Shown: in pieces, positions 27,952 to 40,652 of the stretch | How the letters are laid out: each line of letters starts with the position of its first letter | Numbering within the stretch: the first letter of the stretch is position 1 | Assembly (NCBI GenBank): GCA_963704355.1 | Contig: OY969891.1 | Span: 495,475 to 559,474, forward strand | Origin: an uncultured Acidimicrobiaceae bacterium | Lineage (GTDB): Bacteria > Actinomycetota > Acidimicrobiia > Acidimicrobiales > RAAP-2 | Length of the DNA stretch: 64,000 nt | Direction: 5' to 3' | Made by a program: the position numbers and the translations under genes | Notes under the pieces: generated by a model | Told to the model about the DNA's origin: nothing | The model's input: the letters and a program-made list of their open reading frames with translations, nothing else | Database searches by the model: none

Positions 27952-28785
27952 TCAGACCGCCGCGGACACCCCATGCCCGAAGTTGGCCACCGTCGCACCC
28001 AAGCCAGCGAGGACGCCGGTCACCGGGGACACCACGGGGAGCGCGGTCCCGAGCTGTTCCGACGCCGTCGTGACCGTCGTGCCGACCGTGACGGCGGTGT
28101 TGCCGACCAGGACCAATACCGGAGAGAGAACGCTGCCACCGCCGCCCGTCGGGCCGGGCGCTGTCGACGAACCCGGCGCTAGAGCTCCCGCGCCGCCTCC
28201 TGCGCCCGACGGCGCTTGGGGGGAAGCGGGGACCACGGCGACGCTGGTGCCAGGGGGTACCTCGAGCACCACCTCGGACCCCGACGGCACGGTTCCGCTT
28301 CCTTCCGTCGCTGCGACCGCCGTGGCCGGCACCGTGGCCGCGGGGACGCCGGGGGTGGCACCGGAAAGAGCGCCCGGTCTGCCCCCGTTCTGATCCGACG
28401 GGTGGGAGCCCGGGCCCGGTCCCCGTGCGGAGACCGTCGGACGCGCCGACTGACCCGTGCCCGAGGTAATCCCTGCGATCGCGAGTGCTGCCGCGGCGAC
28501 GCCACTGACTGCGGCGATGGCCCGGTACCGGACCGTCTCACGCTCCGACAGGGCGACGCCGACCGGGACCTCGCGCAGCGGGACGATCCGCGGGGGCCGC
28601 GCCGCCGGCTGAGGTCGGCCGAACGCACTCGACAAGAAGACCTCTTCGAGCTGAAGCGGGTCCAATGCCTCCCCAGGCTCGCCAACGACGTAGATCCCTG
28701 GCGAGGCAGCGCGTCCGAACTCTCGCGACAAGAAGACTTCCTCGAGACTGGTGACCGCAGCACCCGCCTCCTGCTGGTCGGACAT
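27952..28785 (-). CDS. single-pass membrane protein (paralog of 26871..27716), two copies of the LEEVFLS-x-x-FGR motif
   Basis: SLEEVFLSREFGR and QLEEVFLSSAFGR in the N-terminal cytoplasmic part. TM helix (AIAAVSGVAAAALAIAGITSG), then a Gly/Pro/Ala/Val/Thr-rich ectodomain. 60 nt downstream of the chaplin-like gene. Confidence 0.6.
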   Translation of the reverse strand: MSDQQEAGAAVTSLEEVFLSREFGRAASPGIYVVGEPGEALDPLQLEEVFLSSAFGRPQPAARPPRIVPLREVPVGVALSERETVRYRAIAAVSGVAAAALAIAGITSGTGQSARPTVSARGPGPGSHPSDQNGGRPGALSGATPGVPAATVPATAVAATEGSGTVPSGSEVVLEVPPGTSVAVVPASPQAPSGAGGGAGALAPGSSTAPGPTGGGGSVLSPVLVLVGNTAVTVGTTVTTASEQLGTALPVVSPVTGVLAGLGATVANFGHGVSAAV

Positions 28786-28845
28786 CGATCCCTCCTTCCT
28801 CCATCGGATCCGTCCTCTGTGGGTAACGCCGGTGGCGTCTCCCTC

Positions 28846-30411
28846 CTACTCTTCGAAGGGCGGCAGCGGCTCCAGCTGGTCAGCCTCCCGCCGACGGCTG
28901 AGCCGGCTGATGAGCAGACCCAGCAGCAGCGCCGCGGCCCCGATGAACAGCTCGACCACGAGCGGGGCACCGGTGAAGGCCAGCGGGCCCGACGCCGGAG
29001 CGGCGGCGGCGGCCGTCTTGACGGGGGTCGGCGTCGCCGCGGCCAGCTTCACCGGAACGGTCGTCGGTGCCGTCGAAGGTGGCGACGAGGCCGAGGTGGT
29101 CACCGCCGGCTGGGGGCACGGGGCGGCGGCCGTCCCACCCAGCGCCGCCTGAATACCGCAGATCGTGATGGGCACCGACACGCCGGTGCCAGTCGTACCG
29201 CCACCGCCGCCGATCGAGGTGGCGGAGCCCACGCAGGTGCCCGACGCGTTGCCCGATATCGCCACGGCCACCGCACACACGGTGACCGGGACGCTCGCCG
29301 TCACGCTGCCGACCGTCGTCGTGGTCGCCAGGTGGGTCGGTTCGCAGGTGTTCGACGCGCTGCCGGCGACCGCCACCACGATGCTGCACGCGTTCACCGG
29401 GATGACGCCCTCGATGGGCGCGCTCTGACTGACGTCGTTCGTCGGCAGGTCCTTCACGAGCGGGAAGCCGGCCGCCGGCATGCACGACCCCACCGCCGTG
29501 CCGTAGACCTCGGCCACCACACCACACACGGTGGCCGGGACGTAGAGGTCGGCCAGTTGGCCCTTCTGCGTGATGGTGTCCGGGAACTGTGGGCAGCCGG
29601 CGACGCTGTTGCCGTCGATCTCCGCGATCACGTCGCAGACGGTCACCGGCACGTCGGCGTCAACGACGCCGGTCTGCGACGTCGTCCCGTTCGTCCCGGT
29701 CAGGTTGCAACCACTCGCCGTGTTCCCGGCGAGCCCGACGTTGACGGAGCAGATGCTGACCGGGGCGGCCACGTTGATCGCGGCGTTCTGAGTCGTCGAG
29801 GCCGACGACTGGCCGGTGAGCGGCCCGAGCGACGACGCCGCCTGCCCGAGCAGTCCGATCGCGTTGAAGTCGGCCGTGATCGGGACGTTGATGTTCCCGA
29901 GCATGCCCAGCTGGTTCAGGCCGACCGAGGTCGTCGAGCACGTGCTCGACGCTCCCGCCAACAGTCCCAGGGACAGCGAGCAGGCGTTGACCGGCGCGTT
30001 GACGTTGATCAGCGGCGAGATCTGGTGCGTCGTGTTCGTCCCACTCAGCGCGTTCTGCCCGGGCAGGAGCGTGCTGCCGATCTCGTTCGCCACGAGCGAG
30101 ATCGGGAGGGACAACGACAGCGGCAACGCGGTCAGCGGCGCCAACGGATTGCTGGGCGCCTTGGCCGGCGTCGAGGTCGTGTGGGTGGCCGGAGCCGACG
30201 GCTGTGCCGGGGCGGTCGGTTGCGCCGGGGCCGTCGCGGTCGTGGCGGCTTTGAGTTCCGAAGTTGCGGTTTGGGCCTTCTGTTCCGCGCCCGCGACGGT
30301 TGACGCCGTGGACGCTGCGCCCACCGGCGCGACGCCCGCGACGACACTTGCGGCGGCCAACATGAGACCGCATGTGATCACAGCAGCTGACGTAAGAGAA
30401 TTCCGCCTCAA
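28846..30411 (-). CDS. cell-wall-anchored (LAFTG) protein with seven chaplin-like C-x13-C repeats
   Basis: Signal peptide and an Ala/Pro/Thr linker. Repeats such as INVNAPVNACSLSLGLLAGASSTC and INVAAPVSICSVNVGLAGNTASGC. C-terminal LAFTG plus a hydrophobic helix plus RRRE. Confidence 0.7.
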   Translation of the reverse strand: MRRNSLTSAAVITCGLMLAAASVVAGVAPVGAASTASTVAGAEQKAQTATSELKAATTATAPAQPTAPAQPSAPATHTTSTPAKAPSNPLAPLTALPLSLSLPISLVANEIGSTLLPGQNALSGTNTTHQISPLINVNAPVNACSLSLGLLAGASSTCSTTSVGLNQLGMLGNINVPITADFNAIGLLGQAASSLGPLTGQSSASTTQNAAINVAAPVSICSVNVGLAGNTASGCNLTGTNGTTSQTGVVDADVPVTVCDVIAEIDGNSVAGCPQFPDTITQKGQLADLYVPATVCGVVAEVYGTAVGSCMPAAGFPLVKDLPTNDVSQSAPIEGVIPVNACSIVVAVAGSASNTCEPTHLATTTTVGSVTASVPVTVCAVAVAISGNASGTCVGSATSIGGGGGTTGTGVSVPITICGIQAALGGTAAAPCPQPAVTTSASSPPSTAPTTVPVKLAAATPTPVKTAAAAAPASGPLAFTGAPLVVELFIGAAALLLGLLISRLSRRREADQLEPLPPFEE

Positions 30412-30652
30412 GGTGTTGCTCCTTCTGTGTAGGGGCTACACAGACCCGCTCTGAGCCCACGACGTCGCGGGTTATACCCACTGGGGAAACGACGAAAACG
30501 CCGCGCCCTCTCGCTCTCGGCCCGAAAATCTCGAACTTTTTCTGCTTACACGTGCGGTGCAACTGAAGAAGTGCGGATGCGATCGTTCTCGCCGCAGAAG
30601 GTTCTCGGCACACATTCGCGACGGTGCAACTGCCGCACACCGCAGCGGATCG

Positions 30653-31789
30653 TCAGCCGGCCGATCTCCGGAAGTACCGGCTCAGCGTCTCGATCTGTTG
30701 TTGGTACGAAGACCCGATACCCGCCCCGTACAGGGCCGTTGGCTCCTCCAACATCCGTTCGAACGTCAGCTTGCAGACGGCCTGGCCGTTCTCGACCATG
30801 AAGGGCACGTCGTGGGCGCGCACCTCGAGCGCGGCGCGCGACCCGCGGAAATCTCCCGAGGGATCGAAACCGAACCCCGGGTCGAAGAAGCCGGCATAGT
30901 GCGTCCGGAGCTCGCCACTGGTCGGGTCGTACGCTGTCATCTCGGCGGCCAAATTGGGGGGGATGCTCACCGCCTCGTCGGACATCAAGAGGTAGAAACG
31001 CTTCGGCGACAGAACAACCCGGTCACCCTCCTCGCGGTGTACGGCGTCCCAGAACGGGCCCGGGTCCACCTCCCCTCCCGTGGTGAGGTCGAGCACCGGT
31101 GCGATGTCGCGCGCGCTGTAGCCCACTTGGCCGCGCTCGTCGCCGTGGAGGTCCAGACCGAGGAAGAGGCCGTTCGACAGGACGAGGTCGTCGACCGGGA
31201 CGGGCCGGCCGTCCCGGAAGAGAATCGGATCGAGGAGGTGCGTCTGGCGGACCTCGTCGTCACTCAACCACGGGCGACCCATCGACAAGCGCAGTTGGTT
31301 CAGGGTCAGGTCCTCCTTCACCCGGATGGCGAAGGACAGAGGCACGACTTCGAGGTAGAGCGGCCCGTTGTAGCCCGGCGCCACCTCGTCGAACCGGTCG
31401 CTGCAGTCGGTGATGACGCGGGTGAAGACGTCGATCCGACCCGTCGAGCTCTTGGGGTTGGCCCTGCCCCGAAGGCCGGCGGGCAGGTCGAGGCGCTCCT
31501 TGAGCTCAATGAGGTACGGCCGCCCCGACTCGAGCATGGCGCCGCTCCCCCGGAGGTCGATCTCGTCGAGGACGTAGTCCTTGAGCTTGTTCCCGACCGA
31601 GTCGGACCCCGGCAGGAAGCTGCACCGGATGCGCAGGGCACGTTCGCCGAGGCGCAGGTCCAGGCTCGCCGGCTGAATGTTGGCCTCGGGGATCTTGAAT
31701 CGCCCGGCGTCGACGTACCCCGCACGGATGGCCCGCTCGAGCAGCTGCCCTGGCAGGACGCCCTCAGCCGACGAGTGGAGGCTCAGCAC
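30653..31789 (-). CDS. 2'-deoxycytidine 5'-triphosphate deaminase, long (~370 aa) DCD form
   Basis: GTG at 31789 is the chosen start. Text such as NIQPASLDLRLG, GRANPKSSTGRIDVF, LTLNQLRL, YAGFFDPGFG and ALEVRAHDVPF matches the two-domain DCD family. Confidence 0.75.
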   Translation of the reverse strand: MLSLHSSAEGVLPGQLLERAIRAGYVDAGRFKIPEANIQPASLDLRLGERALRIRCSFLPGSDSVGNKLKDYVLDEIDLRGSGAMLESGRPYLIELKERLDLPAGLRGRANPKSSTGRIDVFTRVITDCSDRFDEVAPGYNGPLYLEVVPLSFAIRVKEDLTLNQLRLSMGRPWLSDDEVRQTHLLDPILFRDGRPVPVDDLVLSNGLFLGLDLHGDERGQVGYSARDIAPVLDLTTGGEVDPGPFWDAVHREEGDRVVLSPKRFYLLMSDEAVSIPPNLAAEMTAYDPTSGELRTHYAGFFDPGFGFDPSGDFRGSRAALEVRAHDVPFMVENGQAVCKLTFERMLEEPTALYGAGIGSSYQQQIETLSRYFRRSAG

Positions 31790-32090
31790 CCTCGGAGCCG
31801 GGCGACGCGGGGTCTCGTTGGCTGCACGTGCAGAGCAAAGCACGTGGCGCGGCCGCACGAAAGGCCCGGCGTGGGGACGGCGTCGGGCACAGGCTGTGGA
31901 TGACTTGGGGACGACCTGGGGCGACACAGGGGTGTGGCAGGAGCCAACGGGTTGTCCACAGCCCTCGGCGGCGCTGACCGCCAGAAGACGGGGCCCCGGC
32001 CCCCGTCCGGGCCTCCCTGTAAGCTGACGGGTCGTCAGATTTCGGTGTCGCGCCGCCTGAGCTCGGCGTGGCGACCCTCCCGGAGGTCCC

Positions 32091-33830
32091 ATGCTCGACT
32101 ACGTCATCCGATCCGGCACGCTCATCGACGGCTCCGGCGAACCAGGTCGGCCGGCGGACGTCGGCGTGCGGGACGGGCGGATCGTCGCCGTCGGGCCGGT
32201 CGAGGAGGAGGCGGCGGTGGAGCTCGACGCCACCGGGCTCATGGTCGCCCCGGGCGTCGTCGATCCGCACACGCACTACGACGCACAACTCTTTTGGGAC
32301 CCGTCTGCCTCTCCGTCCAACGTGCACGGGGTGACCACGGTGATCGGCGGGAATTGCGGCTTCACCCTCGCCCCCATCAACGCGGAGGACGCCGACTACA
32401 TCCGGCGCATGATGGCGAAGGTCGAAGGGATGCCGCTCGCAGCGCTGGAGAACGGCGTGCCGTGGAACTGGTCCACCTTCGCCGAGTACCTCGACGCGCT
32501 CGAGGGCAACCTGGGCGTGAACGCCGGCTTCCTGGTCGGCCACTGCGCGCTCCGGCGCAAGGTGATGGGCGCGGCGCACGGCGAGGAGGTGGCGACCGAC
32601 GAGGAGATCACGGCCATGCGCGCGCTGCTCGCCGAATCCCTGGCCGCCGGCGGCCTCGGTTTCTCGTCCTCTCAGTCGCGCACACACTCCGACGGTGAGG
32701 GACGGCCCATCAGCTCGCGCCATGCCGACCGCCGCGAGATGCTCGCGTTCTGCGAGGAGGTGGCCGCCCACGAGGGCACGACCCTCGAGTACATCACCAA
32801 CGGCTGCCTGGACTCCTTCAGTCCCGAGGAGGTCGACCTCATGACCGCCATGAGCGTGACGGCGCGCCGGCCGCTCAACTGGAACGTCCTCACGGTCGAC
32901 GCCCGCTCGGCCGAACGGATCGAGCATCAGCTCTCGGCCTCGTCGGCCGCCGCCGCGGCCGGTGGGCGGATCGTCGCCCTGACCATGCCCACGCTCGTCC
33001 CGATGAACATGAGCTTCCGCACACATTGCGCCCTGTTCCTTATTCCCGGATGGGGCGAGGTCATGGGGCTTCCCGAACCAGAGCGCATGGCCAAGCTGGC
33101 CGACCCTGCGGTGCGTGCGATGCTCGACGAGCGGGCCCGCAGCAAGGAGGCCGGGGTCTTCCGCGGTCTCTCCCACTGGGGCACGTACGTCATCGGTGAC
33201 ACCTACGCCCCGGCCAACGAGGGGTGCGCCTTCCGCAGCGTGGCGGACATCGCCGCCGAGCGTGGCACGGCACCCTTCGACACCCTGCTCGACGTCGTCC
33301 TGGCCGACGGGTTGCGCACCGTGCTGTGGCCCAACACCGACGACGGTGACGACAACTCGTGGGTCATGCGGGCCGCGATATGGAGCGACCCTCGCGCCAT
33401 GGTCGGTGGGTCCGACGCCGGCGCCCACCTCGACCGCATGTGCGGCTCGAACTATCCGACCGCCTTCCTCGGGGACTGCCTGCGCGGGCGCCAGCTCGTT
33501 CCCGTGGAGCAGGCGGTGCACATGATGACGGCGCAGCCGGCCCAGCTGTTCGGCCTGCGCGACCGCGGGTTGGTGCGCGAAGGCTACGCAGCGGACCTCT
33601 TCGTCTTCGACCCGGCCACGGTCGGCTCCGAGCCGGCGCGCCTCGTCCACGACCTGCCGGGCGACACGCCCCGGCTCTACGCCGGCTCCCACGGCGTCGT
33701 GCGCGTCCTGGTGAACGGCGTCGAGACCGTGCGCGACGGCGCGCCCACCGGGGGCCTGCCCGGCACCCTCCTCCGCTCGGGCCGCGACACGGCCTCGGTG
33801 GTCCCTGTCCCCGCGCCTGAGCGCTCCTGA
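32091..33830 (+). CDS. N-acyl-D-amino-acid deacylase (D-aminoacylase) family amidohydrolase
   Basis: MLDYVIRSGTLIDGSG..DVGVRDGRIVAVG..APGVVDPHTHYD..GVTTVIGGNCG is the classic D-aminoacylase N-terminus. 579 aa. Confidence 0.85.
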   Translation: MLDYVIRSGTLIDGSGEPGRPADVGVRDGRIVAVGPVEEEAAVELDATGLMVAPGVVDPHTHYDAQLFWDPSASPSNVHGVTTVIGGNCGFTLAPINAEDADYIRRMMAKVEGMPLAALENGVPWNWSTFAEYLDALEGNLGVNAGFLVGHCALRRKVMGAAHGEEVATDEEITAMRALLAESLAAGGLGFSSSQSRTHSDGEGRPISSRHADRREMLAFCEEVAAHEGTTLEYITNGCLDSFSPEEVDLMTAMSVTARRPLNWNVLTVDARSAERIEHQLSASSAAAAAGGRIVALTMPTLVPMNMSFRTHCALFLIPGWGEVMGLPEPERMAKLADPAVRAMLDERARSKEAGVFRGLSHWGTYVIGDTYAPANEGCAFRSVADIAAERGTAPFDTLLDVVLADGLRTVLWPNTDDGDDNSWVMRAAIWSDPRAMVGGSDAGAHLDRMCGSNYPTAFLGDCLRGRQLVPVEQAVHMMTAQPAQLFGLRDRGLVREGYAADLFVFDPATVGSEPARLVHDLPGDTPRLYAGSHGVVRVLVNGVETVRDGAPTGGLPGTLLRSGRDTASVVPVPAPERS

Positions 33831-33868
33831 ACTCTGGGGGCCGGCTGGCCCGTCTAGCCTGCCCTCCG

Positions 33869-34540
33869 GTGACCCCCGAACGAAACGACCCGGCGCTCGC
33901 CGTCGACGAGCCCCCGGCCGGAGGTGGAGGGGTCATCGATTCCGACGTCGACGAGCTGCCCTCCGACCCTCCCCCTTCGCCGCCCTCGCGGTGGTTGCGC
34001 GAGGGGATCATCATCGTGCTCGTCGCCATCGTCGCGGCCGTCCTGCTGCGCGCGTTCGTCGTGCAGACCTTCTACATCCCCTCGGGCTCCATGGAGCCGA
34101 CCCTCCAGGTCGGCGACCGCATCGTCGTCAACAAGCTCAGCTACGAGATCCATGGCGTCAACCGGGGCGACATCGTCGTCTTCTCCCGGCCGCCGCGTGA
34201 AGACTGTGGCGGGCCCGAGGTGAACGACCTGGTCAAAAGGGTCATCGGGTTGCCCGGCGAGCTCATCTCGGTCTCCGGGGGCTACGTGTCCATCAACGGG
34301 CACCGCCTCGACGAGAGCTGGCTGCCGGCGTCGGAGCAGGGGACGACGACACCAGGCCCGAGCGGCACCGCGTACAGCCTCAACCAGCCGTACCGGGTGC
34401 CGGCCAACGACTACTTCGTGATGGGCGACAACCGGGGCGACTCGTGCGACAGCCGATGGTGGGGCCCCATCCCCGGCTCGCTCATCGTGGGCAAGGTCGA
34501 GCTGCGGGTCTGGCCCGTCTCGGCGATCAAGCTTTTCTGA
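33869..34540 (+). CDS. lepB: signal peptidase I
   Basis: TM helix, then catalytic Ser box IPSGSMEPTL and Lys box VKRVIGLPGE, plus GDNRGDSCDSR. Confidence 0.9.
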   Translation: MTPERNDPALAVDEPPAGGGGVIDSDVDELPSDPPPSPPSRWLREGIIIVLVAIVAAVLLRAFVVQTFYIPSGSMEPTLQVGDRIVVNKLSYEIHGVNRGDIVVFSRPPREDCGGPEVNDLVKRVIGLPGELISVSGGYVSINGHRLDESWLPASEQGTTTPGPSGTAYSLNQPYRVPANDYFVMGDNRGDSCDSRWWGPIPGSLIVGKVELRVWPVSAIKLF

Positions 34541-34568
34541 CGTCGCCCCGCGTCGGGAGCGGCCGGCC

Positions 34569-37097
<2,529 letters not shown>

Positions 37098-37122
37098 GTC
37101 TATTTACTCCTCGTCCGTTCGC

Positions 37123-39086
<1,964 letters not shown>

Positions 39087-39240
39087 AGGCGCGCCCTTTC
39101 AAAACAACGATCTTCGCGGTGCGAATCGAATCCCCGAACGATGCCCTCCGGCCTTTCGATGCGAACAAACCATTCTACCCGGAAGAGCGTCGCAATTCGG
39201 CACCTAAGAACGGTCTCCGGCGAGGTCCTGGCCGCGCCGG

Positions 39241-39555
39241 TCACGACCGCTCGACCACCACCTCGAGCCGCTCCAACGCAGTCTGTCCGAGGGCCTCCAC
39301 ACGCGCCAAAATCGGTCCCGCTTGCATTCGGGCCCGGGTCGCCCACGCGGGGTGCTCGACCGACACCACGAGTGTGCGCCCGTCGACACGGACCGGACGG
39401 ACGTGCCCGGCCAGCTCGGCGCCGACGATCTCCGTCCACCGCGAGAAGACGGCCTCCATGGTGGCGGGCGAGGCCGACGCGCCCAGACGCCCGAGCACGT
39501 GCGGCATCGCCTCCCCGATGCGCCGGGGGCCGTCGCGGGCGGACCTCCTCCTCAC
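39241..39555 (-). CDS. dciA: DUF721/DciA-family protein
   Basis: GTG at 39555 overlaps the recF stop (GTGA). Text RRIGEAMPHVLGRLG..WTEIVGAELAGHVRPVRVDGRTLVVSVEHPAWATRARM is typical of DUF721. Conserved recF-DUF721-gyrB position. Confidence 0.7.
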   Translation of the reverse strand: MRRRSARDGPRRIGEAMPHVLGRLGASASPATMEAVFSRWTEIVGAELAGHVRPVRVDGRTLVVSVEHPAWATRARMQAGPILARVEALGQTALERLEVVVERS

Positions 39556-40637
39556 CGGCGTTCCAGGGTCTCGACGGCGAGGACCCGGGCGATCTCGATC
39601 CCCTGGGGCAGCGGCGCCGCCGTGGTGAGGATGGCCTGGCCGGCGGGCAGCTCGGCCACCAGGGCGCGCGAGCGGCCGGGGTCGAGCTCGGAGAAGACGT
39701 CGTCGAGGAGAAGCGTGGGGACCAGGTCCGTCTTCGTCCGGACGAGCTGGTGCACGCCGAGGCGCAGAGCGAGTGCGCAGCACCGTTGCTCGCCCTGGGA
39801 AGCGTGCGTCCGCGCCTCCCGGCCGTCGAGGGTGAGGACGAGATCGTCCCGGTGCGGCCCGATGGTGTTGACACCGCGCCGCAGGTCGTCCGCCCGGCAC
39901 GCCGTGAGCGCGTCGAGCAGGTCACCGTCCCAGCTGCGCCGGTACTCCAGATGCAAGGCGGCCGGCTCGCCGGCGCCGGCGCCGGCGAGCCGGCCGTAGG
40001 TCACGCTGACGGGCGACTCCATTTCGCCGACGAGGCGCTCGCGCGCGGAGACGAGCACCTTCCCGGCGTCGGCGAGTCGCTGGTCCCACACCTCGAGCGT
40101 CGTCACGACCTCAGATTTGGCGCGTCCGCCGGCCTGTCGAAGCAAGGCCGCCCGCTGACGAAGCACACGCTCGGTGTCGTCGGCCGCGCGGGCCCCCTCC
40201 GGGTCGAGCTGGGCCAGGGCGTCGTCGAGGAGCTCCCGCCTCCCGCGCGGCCCGCCGCTGATGAGCACGAGGTCTTCGGGCGAGAAGACGGTGCACGGCG
40301 CAGCACCCGCCAGCGCCTTGCGGCTCGTCGCCACTTTCTTGTTCACCTGGGTGCGGCTGCGGCCGGCGGGCACGATCTCGGCCTCCACCAGGGTGGGGCT
40401 GTTCGCCGCCTCCATCTCGCTCCGGATGATCGCCCGCTCGCTGCCGCTGCGGACCAGGGCCTCGAGGGGTGCGCCCCGGAACGAGCGCCGGGTCGCGAGA
40501 TAGGCGAGCGCCTCGAGCACGCTCGTCTTTCCGGTGCCGTTCGGGCCCGTGATCACCGTGGTCCCCTCTGGCTCGGGTGTGACGGCGGCCGCGTGGAACA
40601 CGCGGAAGTCGGCCAGTTCGAGGTGCCGGATCCCCAC
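39552..40637 (-). CDS. recF: DNA replication/repair protein RecF
   Basis: Walker A GPNGTGKTSVLEA, the SQGEQR signature (ASQGEQRCCALAL) and Walker B LLLDDVFSELD. Confidence 0.95.
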   Translation of the reverse strand: MGIRHLELADFRVFHAAAVTPEPEGTTVITGPNGTGKTSVLEALAYLATRRSFRGAPLEALVRSGSERAIIRSEMEAANSPTLVEAEIVPAGRSRTQVNKKVATSRKALAGAAPCTVFSPEDLVLISGGPRGRRELLDDALAQLDPEGARAADDTERVLRQRAALLRQAGGRAKSEVVTTLEVWDQRLADAGKVLVSARERLVGEMESPVSVTYGRLAGAGAGEPAALHLEYRRSWDGDLLDALTACRADDLRRGVNTIGPHRDDLVLTLDGREARTHASQGEQRCCALALRLGVHQLVRTKTDLVPTLLLDDVFSELDPGRSRALVAELPAGQAILTTAAPLPQGIEIARVLAVETLERR

Positions 40638-40652
40638 CGCCGTCGTGGTCCC

